Assembly: GCF_000150275.1 (NCBI RefSeq)
Contig: NW_002060954.1
Location: forward strand, 124,001-188,000
Length of the DNA stretch: 64,000 nt
From: Trichoplax adhaerens
Lineage: Eukaryota > Animalia > Placozoa
Direction of reading: 5' to 3'
Part shown: positions 1 to 11,794 of the stretch, piece after piece
Position numbering within the stretch: the first letter of the stretch is position 1
Layout of the letters: each line of letters begins with the position of its first letter
Translations under genes and position numbers: made by a program
Notes under the pieces: generated by a model
Seen by the model: only the letters and a program-made list of their open reading frames with translations
The model's database searches: none
What the model was told of the DNA's origin: nothing

Positions 1-3000
1 AATTACCCATAACTTCGTTTACGTCACCACAATTTCGAATAAATTTTGTCCATCTAAATTATACTGACTACTAAGTAGTACTGTAGTCTACTGTTGAAGG
101 TTTGCATTACTCAGCATAATGTAAATTATGTCGGACAGTACGTTATACTGTATTGCTGCGTCAACGACTTCCAAGAGAAATTCTGTACCCCAGGGAGCAA
201 TCTATGAGTCATGACTTTACTGTACTGTACAGTACTGTATACGGTACGCCGTGCAATTGCAGGTTAACACTAATGTTAATGCAAGCACAGTACTGTACTG
301 TACAGTACTGTAAATGCGGCCTCCAGCGTACAAGCAACATGAAAGTAGCTAAAATTAATTGTAATCGTAAGGGAAAATTAACCATATGCCCCTATAATCG
401 TAATTATCTATGCTATATAATGTAACTAGACTAGATAGTGCCAGCATAAAACATCTTCAATAGCATATATGTTATATGTGTATATACGCCCTGGTACACT
501 GGTAAATAAATAATTAATATATAATAATACCGTACTGTATAACGCAAAAAAGTAAGCGATTTGCGCTAGTGAATAATGTCTTGCTGGTTAAAGTGATTGA
601 AGATTGGTGATGGATGTTACGAAGATATCGTTAGAATTACAGTACAGTACTGTCCGTAGTACATTTATCTGAAGTATCATGAATGGGGAAATTCTATTAC
701 TGTACTCTAGTTAGAATTCATCGAGGACTCTTTCTCAGCCTAATAAAAATACTACTGTATATCCACATACTGTACGAGTGTGCTAGTATTTTCAGTAATA
801 ATTATATAATTCAGGTAATTTATTCATTGTTGCTGTTAGATACTTCCAGATCTAGCTGATACTCTGTTAATTTACTGCACTGACTTATAAAAATAACAAT
901 TTGATTTGTGTTAGCTATCCAGCAGTATAAACCGGTTTAATTAACGAATACGGTATGTACGCATATTCGAAAAAATAGCTAGCTTTCTATATCATGATTA
1001 CATAGCTTTAGTTAAATGCTTTAAAATTACCAGTTAAATCAGATAGCTGATAATACTCCAGGTTTATCCTCAGAAGAACTTTGAGTCTGTGACCCGAATA
1101 TAATTATCGTGATTTGCTTGATTGATCGTCTAATCAGTTTTAATTCACTTTGTAGTAATTACGGCACAGAAAGACATAATTCCACATATGCATTCATCGA
1201 TACAAAATAATATTGTTTTGCTAAAGTTTTTACGTACGTACGGTAAAATCATTACTACAAGCGACTTCATAGCTTATCTTCCTGATCAATTTGGCTGAAT
1301 TAGCTCATTTAGTTACTCAATTATGTTTTAATAAGCAAGAGATAGTCACGCTTAATCGACCCAGATTGTGTCTAAAACGAGGAACGATGAAAGAATACAA
1401 TATATAGAAGAGTAAATAAGCGTTGTAGCGCTTTATTAGTCAAGATCATGTTAGATAGATGTAGTAGAGTTGAGTCATTTAATTTTCTTCAGAGAAGTAG
1501 GGCATAGAGCCAATGATGTCAGGTTATCTGTTTTAAATTATACGAATACGCTATGAGTTAATTTTAGGTCACAATAAGCTTATTTAAGGCCATACATTCA
1601 AGCATGCTCTTTTTGCTTCTATTACAGTTCTGAGTTCTGTACTCCTATGTACGCGTCTTTTGCGTACTGATAGTTATAATTATTGAATACGGTTAACTTT
1701 CGATAGTTATCATTTCTCCCATGTACACATCGTACGTATGAATACGTGCAAGATGTACAGTATGGTAAACGTTAACTTCTTTAACCACCATATTCGTATA
1801 TCTAAAATCCGTGCTACCGTATTTGATATCGTGATAATTTTATAGTATACACGTATATCTACTATTTTTTCGCTTTATGTGAGTTACAGCATAACCCTTT
1901 CTTTAAATATGAAAATGAAACCGTAATATCGATGCTGCAGAGTTTATACGCACGCCGTTGTTTGAGGAAATTTGATTAATAAATTACAAATATATGAATT
2001 ATATATTAGTCACTTCTTTTGCGGTCCCATCCTGCATTTCGGTAACCCTCAATCACCGACAGGTGATAAAAATAAATCAAGACGAAACCAAATTAAGCCG
2101 TTAAAGGACAATAGATTGTAAATATTTTTAATGCCGAGATTAAGTTAATAAGCTGAAATAACGGTGCACTATAAACAATACGTGTATTATAATTAAGACT
2201 TCTATTATTTTTGAGACATTCGAATATTAAAAAATATCCGGTCGCTTTATGCGGTTGTTTTAGTCGGCCAAGCTTTATCTCACACGATTGCACTGTAATG
2301 CCGTAGCGTCGTACCTGGTATTTAGTTTCTAACTCTTATAAACCTCACGTAACTGAGTTTACAAGACGATTAGCTGTTAATTTCGTGATAGACTAATTTC
2401 CTCCATACAACGTCATGACCAATCATTAGTCTGTATTGGTTATGCCTAATCTAATATAATTTTTATGAAGAGCTAGCTATTTTCACACACATTCAACACC
2501 ACAGTTAATTGATTAATCATACCACAGAAGATGAATATCACAACGAAGATACGCGTATAATGATAATATTATATTGTGCTATACAACCTGTCGACATTAA
2601 AATAGCGATGGAATACGTAGAACTAAACAAAGTTTATAATTTTTTGATAGCATCAATCATTCCTTATAATTACAATATTGAAAGCATAATAGAATAGATT
2701 ACAAGTGTCGCTGTAATATATCTATTCAAAGAGCTGTTTTCTTCGAGAGATAAATTTCTTATTATTTAAGTATCCAGTTAAGGTATACGATATTTAATGT
2801 GCCTTTCCTGCTTTTCGGCGAAGATAAAGCAAGAATTACTTGTAAATTAATTAATTACTAATTAGTAACGAAACCTTTCAATTTTAATTCATAAAGAAAC
2901 TAAAATTTTAAGAGTGATTTAAAGGTAAATGTACATTGTACAGTAGTTATGCTCACCAAAGTATAGGCAAATACGGCATTTCGCAAAATTTGAATTTCGA

Positions 3001-5373
3001 TTTATAGAATGAAGAATTTTAATTTTATCATATGTAAGAATATATAATTCTATAAATCAAAATTACGGTTCTAAGCGCCAGCTGCTAATAGGAATTGCAC
3101 ATGAAAATGTCAAAGTTAAAACATGGATATTAATTTGATTAATAATATATATCATAATTAATTAGCAAATAGATTAATATTACAGTACAGCGACTCTAAT
3201 TGTCGTATCACTCAACTGATTTATATTTATATATATTATCATTCTACAGTATCAAACAATTACAGAATATTTACAAAGTCAAAATCCTCAACTATGATGA
3301 TTACGCGTTTTGTTATAATAATTGCAATCCATCCATTATTTACATTGTACATAAATTGGCGAAAATGTCATACGAGTAGATGCCGATATCCCAAAATATT
3401 AAAAATTGTTTACAATATAGAGATTTAAGCTATCTAACGTTGTCGATCGTGCACATTGTGTCACAGTTTTAGAATTGCTATTGTTAAGATGCTAGAATCA
3501 CTGTAGTGTTTTATTTTACTTGCCGTACACAGAAAATTATCTTGATATTCTGATTGCTTTTAGTAGTAATCTTACGGAGATTGTGGTAGAGTATGCAGGT
3601 CAAATAATTATAATATAATTGAAAGATCGCCTGATGTCAGCAAAAGGTATATAACCCAGTATAAATTAGAATATGTTTGTTCATTTATACGTAATGCATC
3701 ATTAACACAATCGAGGTCCAAATCACCTGCCGTCACGAATAATGTAACAAACCAAGTATACAACAGAAACTTTAACTTTTGTCTGTAAGTGGATACGTAT
3801 GCAAACATACAGAAACAGCAGTAACATGGTCAGAATGAATAGAAATATGGTGACTAAACAGTATCGCAGATTCGGTTATTTTTATTAACTGTAAATATAA
3901 TAATTTTATCTAGAATGAATTTCTTCAAGATTCTATTGAATCTTGGAATCGAGGTAAGCCCATGTATTACGGTAACAAAATATAGCATATAGTAGCACTG
4001 CAGGGTAAAACTTGCAAACTAGGAATGCACTAATTGAAGTCGTGGTTTACTACAGCATATGTATGCTAATTTAATGGAAAATTAATAAATGCGAGTGCAC
4101 TAAAGTCCTAAAGACGTACATGTAAAGCTTTGCAAGTTTGTTTTCAACACTGTACGATACGGCACATTAGATCATCCGGAAATGCCGGCAGTAATAAATT
4201 ATGTCGCAGTACAGTATAAAACGATCTGAATAAGGTGTTCTACATTTGATAGTGATTTATACTACTATAATGACGGTAATTAATGTTAGTTTTGGCAGAT
4301 CTGATAGATAAGTAGGACTACTATACCTTCCAATGCAATGTACTACAGCTTAAGGCTATCTGATAATAATTGCCTACAATAAAATACAAACTTATGCAGT
4401 AGACATACGGTAGACAGTATTTAGTTGCACGTCAATGCAACTTGGCACCTTTACTTACTATCTAGCAGAATTATTATATTGCTGTACGTAGGATTAAGAT
4501 TACGAAAATATACGTATAGGCGTCTTTACAAAACGGCAAGATTGACTACATTATCTAATCCTCGGCTTGAAGTACACCACTAAAACTTAACAACAGTTAC
4601 CGGTGGATATCGGCAGTTTTAGCGACTTAGCAACAATATGAGTCTTCATGTAATAAAATTATGGTACTTGTATAAAGTACGAGTATAAATGACACGAGCC
4701 TATAGTATTGTAATTAAGGACTGTTATTAGTTACTAAATATAAGATTTTTGACAGAAAGATTTTTAGTATAATTAAATGATCCTGAATTATTAAGTGACA
4801 TTATGTTTATTTACCCAGCTTTAAGTCTTCATTTCTTAAATAATTTTAACATAGATTTTTGTATGATTAAGATCTAAAAGAGACAAAATATTTGAGTATC
4901 GCATAATTCGTATTTATTTACGAATTATTATTAAATAAATAATTTATTAACCATATTTTAATCACCTGCTTCCAGTGTAAATTAAATTCTATGTTCTACT
5001 CAGTTTTTTTGCTTCCTTACCTGTAATACATGGCATCTGTCTCAGTTCCCACAGAATATGAAAATGCCTGATTACCTACAGCATTTACAAGAGCACCTTT
5101 GGTAATAGTGGTTTGTTAATATCGGATTTATCAATTTATATATGATATGTACACACTGTACACATTACGTGGACAAACTCTTAAAACATCTGTATGGACT
5201 GTTATTCTAACATTGCTTATAAATAGCTCACTAATGTTGATACTTAATCAGCATACGATTTAATGTTAAGTATTGATGACTGCCAAGAATTCGTATGAGT
5301 AGGTCTCAGTCCCCATCGTGACGCATTGTTAGCCGCTATTACAGATTTAGTAAATCACAGATAACTCGAAGTA

Positions 5374-6816
5374 ATGCCTCACTCAGGTATGGTCATTTTG
5401 AGATAATAATTTCTTCTTTGGATTAGGTATAACGCAGATAGATCTTTATGGTCGAAGCCTTTTGATGTACGCAAGTTATGCGGAATATAGAGGTGAAAAC
5501 TACAAACGAACTATCCTAACTGATATTACTAATTTTACAGGCCAAGGTGGAGTGAATCAACTCGGTGGTGTATTCATAAACGGCCGTCCATTGCCTAACT
5601 ATATTCGTAGTAGAATAGTTGATTTAGCAAAAAACGGCGTAAGACCGTGTGATATATCTCGTAGGCTTTTGGTTTCTCACGGATGCGTAAGCAAAATATT
5701 AGGACGTTATTATGAAACAGGATCAGTTCGCCCTGGTACAATTGGAGGAAGTAAACCTAAAGTAGCAACACCGACAGTGGTAGCAAAGATAGAACAGTTT
5801 AAGCATGAGAACCCAAGCATATTTGCCTGGGAAATCAGAGAAAAGCTAATAAACGAAAAAGTGTGCAAAGATGAAACAGTTCCAAGTGTGAGTTCTATTA
5901 ACAGGGTATTGCGACATCGAGCCATTGAAAAGGCTGCAGCTTCAGGTCTTGCTTTATACAGGGGTCAATCAGTTCATCCTTACCATCATACATACTGGAG
6001 AATACCAAATATCGCTACGTCGCAGAATAAGTATTACCGCTCAGATACAAACTACGCGTCTACAGAAAGTACTAAAAGTATGCCTTATTAATTGATAAGT
6101 TAATACCTATACTACCTATTAGTGTAGATAATGATAGTGCGATATAATCACTTTAACTGAGGGTATTTAATTTCTTAGAAACCGCCCTTAAAGCTAATGA
6201 AACAAACAAACCTCGCCGTAATAGAACTACATTCACTGGTAAGCAATTAGAAGAATTAGAAAAGGCATTTCAGATAAATCAATATCCCGAGGTGAATTCT
6301 AGAGAGGATTTAGCAAAACAAGTAGCCTTATCCGAAGCTCGCGTACAGGTATTGCTATTATGATGGAAATTTAACATTAGTAACTAGCGCCTTGACCTAC
6401 TTAGCTTAATTTTACCTACTTTCTAACAATAGGTCTGGTTTTCGAATCGTCGTGCGAAATGGCGACGAGCTCAAAGGCTTCATGAATTACAATATTATTC
6501 TCATCAACAACTGCTATCCAGTTCATCCTATTCGGCAACTTCATGCTCTATGCCAGTTAGCCTGAGCCAAAGTTCTACCGGATGTCTAGAACCAAGAAAA
6601 CATTCACTAACACATAATAACTGTATTAAGTACACACCAAGTTTTCCCAGTATGGCATATGCGAATACTACGTCATCTGTAATACCAAATTTCTTACCAG
6701 TGGTTACGCAAATCAGAAACAACTTTCAAGCTAACAATTTATTACGTTGCGAACCGTCAGCATTTATCAGTACTTACAGCGATTCCTGTGTGCGTATTTT
6801 AAAGGATAAGTCTTGA
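5374..6816 (+). CDS. Paired-box + paired-type homeodomain transcription factor, PaxA/C (Pox neuro-like) class
   Basis: Exons 5374-5386, 5541-6077, 6179-6348, 6433-6816 join in frame through GT-AG introns. Paired domain [23 protein letters not shown]...[28 protein letters not shown]...FAWEIREKL...[11 protein letters not shown]. Homeodomain [46 protein letters not shown]|[12 protein letters not shown] has Ser50 and the PRD-class intron between codons 46/47. No octapeptide seen. Confidence 0.93.
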
Positions 6817-7183
6817 ACTATCTAGGAATAGCGCATTGTCAGTAGATCCATTAATAATTGCGTCTAAATTATTTATCAGTGGAATGATAACGACCAAACG
6901 TATTTGTTTCGGTTGTATAAATTACAATGCATTATAATTACAGCTAAGAAATGAATTCATTAAATCTGAGAAGTTACACTATTTTAATGTTAGGAAGTAA
7001 CTCCGCAATGCACATGGCTCATAGCCATAGATGCTTTAATCGTACAATACAGTAAAAAGATTTTGTGTTTGTGCACATTACAGTACATACTCAGTCCAAT
7101 ATATGAGCAAAATAAAGAAAGGAAAGATTAGTAAAAAGTACAAGTAAAATACGCGAGTACAGTATAATACGAGCGATGAGTGT

Positions 7184-7231
7184 ACTAGACATCTTCAATG
7201 AGCGTATCCGTATACGCCCGGGTACACTAGT
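7184..7231. mobile_element. Helitron-like 3' terminus (hairpin + CTAG|T); degenerate second copy at 451-503
   Basis: ACTAG-acatcttcaatga-GCGTAT(ccgt)ATACGC-ccgggtaca-CTAGT. The hairpin at 7202-7217 is followed by CTAG|T on either strand. A related sequence acatcttcaat...tatacgccctggtacactggt lies at 451-503. Confidence 0.45.
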
Positions 7232-8847
7232 ATAAATTAATAAATATAGCCATTTACAATGTACGAGTATTTAGGCAATTTCCGCATATTCAGCATGAGC
7301 GAAATACTGTATCCGATAATGTTAATGCCCAATCCATAGTGCAATAAGAAACGCAGTTAATACTATAATTAACGTCATGCTAGCATTCGCGAAGACCTCT
7401 AAATAAATAGAAAATAAAAACTTTACGCGATACGAATAGCATGTTTAAACTACAGCTATTGATTGAATTATGTAAGAAGCAAGCTTGTAATGAATTATTA
7501 TAAAGTACTATGTAACTAGAAACTGTACAGTGTACACTCTCCATTGTAAACTAAATTATGCAAGATAATCATTTGAATTATGCACTACATCGGCATCTAG
7601 AAATAACACTTCATTCAAATTACTGTACTTAAATAAAATAATTTGAAACAAACGTAATTTACCTCTTTTACTATTTCGATTATGCAATATGCTCAGATGA
7701 TTGTGTAACAGCTAAACTGGAGCAATTTGGCTCATAAGTACCGGATATAATCATACGCTCTCTAAGAGTATACAACTTCGTAAATATAACATATATTTAT
7801 AATCTTGAACGAAATTAATAGACTACATACTGAATAATTTTACAAGTTCTGAATTAGTGAATTTCGGTGCATGAAAATATATTGTAAATAGTCACCTGGA
7901 AGTATTAATCACTAGTAGGATATAAAGGAAAGCAAGACGATTAAATGTATCAGTTCCTTAACACGAAAACTTTATTTGCAGTTAATAAAACTTTTTAAGA
8001 TTGAAGGTGTCTATTAATGTTAGTAGTGCTCTGCATATTCGTGCAATACATATTTATAAATAAATATATATGTATATGCAGTATAGTAGTGTACACTGTA
8101 CAATATTGCCCCTAACAACGATGTATGAGCAATTCGGGATCCAAAAAATTTAGTTTTATACTCGGACAGGTATGATAAATTCGGCATGCATGACGTTATC
8201 GTACTATGCCTTTTAAAATAGAATTTTATTTACTGCTCAATGGCGAGTTGGTGTTGTGCATCATATGCTTGTTTAGTTTATTTTCCTGATATTGAGGCAA
8301 AGATGTTCATATAACAAAGTACTGTATAATTGAGCGTAACTTGTCTCACTCTAGTCACCTTATAATAAGATTAACATATTCTCATAGATAAATTAAGGTT
8401 AAAAAGTCGATAGAGGGGTGCACTTTACCGTCGGACAGCTGAATAGCAGTGCTTTAAAAAAGTTCAATACCATGCAAAACGTGCAGTACCTAAGGTACGG
8501 TGATCGAATCAGACTTTAAAAGGGATCTATACTGCACATTAGTGTACAGTACGTCACAGTACGTGGCGCGTATTTCAGTCCGTCAAAAACAAATGGCCGA
8601 ATTTAGAATATCTGTTGGACGTTGCGTTGCATAAATTTTGCGCTAGTATTTAAAGTGTGTAATTTGACAAAATTTTTAAATATTATCGGTGCATAATAGT
8701 TGACATCTCAGTTGAGAGGAGAGGGGGTAAGCAATGATTCAAACAACTTTTGCTATTCTCGTATAGTCTACTGTGCTGTACTTACATCAGACTACTTTCA
8801 ATAAAGTAGCGTGTCCGAAAGAATCCTAAGATTTTATGTTTACTAGC

Positions 8848-9863
8848 TCATTTCGTTCCTAAACTCATTCTCGGTATTAGCAAAATCGAACCAGCTCTCT
8901 CACCTCCAATCAGGCTAGCCATTAATAGATGATCAGTAATAGATAGTAAAATGTAGTGACTACTATTACAATGACCATTTTTTAGATCAATATTACGTAA
9001 CAGCATGATTGGACAATTAACTTTCAAAAATATGTCCTGAGGCGGTAATCCTGGTATACGTTGTATAACTTCATTATTCATTTCGTATACGCCATTATTT
9101 AGTACAGTAAGTATCGCACGATGAGCAAACCAAGATCGATCATTACAATTTCATTCTATGTCACTATACACATGATTTATCAAATTTTACCGTGTATTAC
9201 AACAATTTTCGTCAGGTAACTCGATCATGGAATCGCTATTACTTCTTCCAAGATACGGAGTAAGTCCTTCGCCAACTGGCAATAACCAATTAGCATTATC
9301 TAACATTGTACTTAATCATAGTCTCTTTCCTCATGTTTATTCTGGCGAGATCCTCGCTGCACTCGAAGTCTAATTTGTTCTTCCTGATCACAAAAACATG
9401 TCTGAATACGCGCTGATTCAGCATCGTCGGCATTTCAAGCAGGACCCAAAATGCGATAGATTAATCCTTGAATTCTATAAGTACTCGCCCCACCAGCTAT
9501 ATTAACATCATTAGCTTTCATGCTGGCCATGCATAAGCCACAATTAAATTTTCGTATATTAGCACGGAAATATTTTGAGACGGTATCCATATCTGTTAGC
9601 AATCTACGAAGTTCATCTAGAGGATCAGGCACTTCTTGAATCGCTATCTTTCCTGATAAGCAACATAAATCAAATTTTGGTTGATTTAAAGCGCCACCAA
9701 AGCGCTCTTCGATCGACATTAGAGCTTTACAATATCTACATTGCTTATTCATAAACCCACAACTATGCTTGTTGGTACAAATCCCAAACTCTTCTATAGT
9801 ATCATTATTGTATAGGCGGGCACAACAATACATAGATCCATTCCATTGCTGAATCGACGACAT
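8848..9863 (-). mobile_element. Internally deleted, non-autonomous Helitron (Rep N-terminal Zn-finger region + PIF1 helicase fragments)
   Basis: 9863-9312 encodes CRYCKA...CCLSGKI...FRANIRKFN...ASM...YRIQGLIYRILGP*...IQTCFCD, typical of the RepHel N-terminus. 9300-8848 is one frame reading NWLLPVGEG...IELP...RAILTVLN...MNNEVIQRIPG/LPPQDIFLKVNCPIMLLRNID..NGHCN...LIPRM, typical of the Helitron PIF1 helicase. In-frame stops are present; the HUH/Y2 nuclease and helicase Walker motifs are missing. Confidence 0.88.
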
Positions 9864-11794
9864 ATTCGTTTCTTACAGGTAAACTTTAGTCACTACTATC
9901 CGTAAAATATAGTTTATAACTTTTCTATTACAGCAGCAGTAATAATTAATCAACTTCAGATAGAAAAGAAAAAATGCTCTACAGTACAGTATATAGCACC
10001 TTTTCTGCAGTAAACAATTTTTTTGCCATAGAAAGCATGAATCAATACATCAGTGCACAGTATCATATATAACTGCTGTTTAGCACCTCTTATACGGTAA
10101 ACGCTTTAAGGTAGTGATCATCGATGTGAAGCAGCAGAGTACTTGAAGCTGTAACTTAGCCCATAAGTGAAGTAAACGCAGGAATGCTATAAAGGCGAAT
10201 CGGGGCGCTTGGGATGGAAAGGCGGATGACGTCTCACGTAGAAGCGCAAGTACTGTACCATTTCGTATACTGTACTACTGTTTCTTAATCTTACAATATC
10301 AACAGCAGCAAGTTAAAAGAACCCGAGTGGAGTTTCATACTGTTTCTGTATCTTATAATGCTAACAACTGCTATAAGCCCCGCTTCTATTATACTGTACT
10401 GTACTGTATAACGAAGGAAGGATAGCATTTCCTTGCTTGTTGATCCTGTAGAGTTATGTTTGCTAATATTGACTCCGGTAGTGTTCTATTAATAATAATA
10501 GCGAAGTTTCCTTTCATTTATGTAACTTTCGAATTTGTGCTAAGAACACCTTAATAAACCGTATTTGGTTACACATGCACATACAAAGTACTGCATGGCA
10601 TAAACTGTATCACCAAAAATAGAGGTTAACAACACTGTACTGTAATATAAATTTAAAGAGTCCTTAGGTAGAGAAATATGAGAAATGACTCATTTTTATA
10701 ACCGCGACACTTATTCCCACTAGTCTTTGATGAATGTGAGGTTACAATTGCGTAACGTATATACGCAAAGAGTACAGCGCTACACCATACATCTCGGTAT
10801 ATATCTACCCTATACAGTACAGTAAAGCCGTACTTGCAGAACCTTAATTATTTTAATAATTTGATATTGTCAGCATAGGCTAGAAGGTATGAATGGTCTC
10901 TGGATAGCTATCTATGTTACTTCTTTGTTGCTACAGTATTACGTAGAGAATTAAGCTATTTGACCAGATACCTTAGAAGTATATTTATTGTATATCCGAC
11001 ACAATGCATTGCGAAATTTGAAACAATGAATAGAGTCAATTAATTAATTATATTCAGTCTTGCATAATTTATTAACTTTGAAATTAGATATTAAACCGAA
11101 TTGTGCTAATAAACACTTCTCAAAGAGGTTTCAAAACAATGAATTTTCTACCAATCATATAAGATTTCGAATAGCTATTGTGTGTTTTTGTCTGACATGC
11201 AAGGGCATTTGTACTGCAGTTACATGCATAAATACAGTATTGTATATATGCAGTACATCTAATGTATTGCATACTATACAAATATACGAAGTATAACAGT
11301 GTATTTGTAGATACCGTACATATGGGAATCTACAGTACATTAATAAAAATTTGATCAGTACGCATAGATTATTACTGCTTATGCTTAGAATTCAAATTCA
11401 AAAGTAAATAATGTTTTAGAATGAAGTTAAGAACACAATAGTATATTTTCGCTTTACAATGAACCTACGCGTACAGTATATAGATTGGTAAATCGTAAAT
11501 TAGTATCTCGTAGGTACAGTACCTTTAATTTAAGTAAAGTATGCTGTATGTATGAGTAGATACAAGGTATTCTGTATCGTTACTATCACGTTTTCGTAAC
11601 TATAATAGTATATGACTACGTGAATATATCTAGAGTACTTCCAGAATCATATTACCGTATATCTCCCTTCGTGAATTTCTGGTTTGATAAAATTACAATC
11701 ACATAACAGAAATTTCGAAATGTCCTAGTTTTATCAGAATTTTGGATAACCAACTGGAAAAGTAGGCAAAAGTGAATTAAACGAGATAAACACA

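Noticed and set aside
3131-3141. TAATTTGATTA paired-homeodomain P3 site upstream of the Pax gene (possible autoregulation)
   Set aside because: A few such matches are expected by chance in 64 kb of DNA this AT-rich.
5710-5925. Antisense ORFs over real exons (also 11881-12255, 33188-33412, 37013-37198, 63512-63901)
   Set aside because: Shadow frames of the Pax, PKG, ARPC4, GPCR and LIN54 coding exons.
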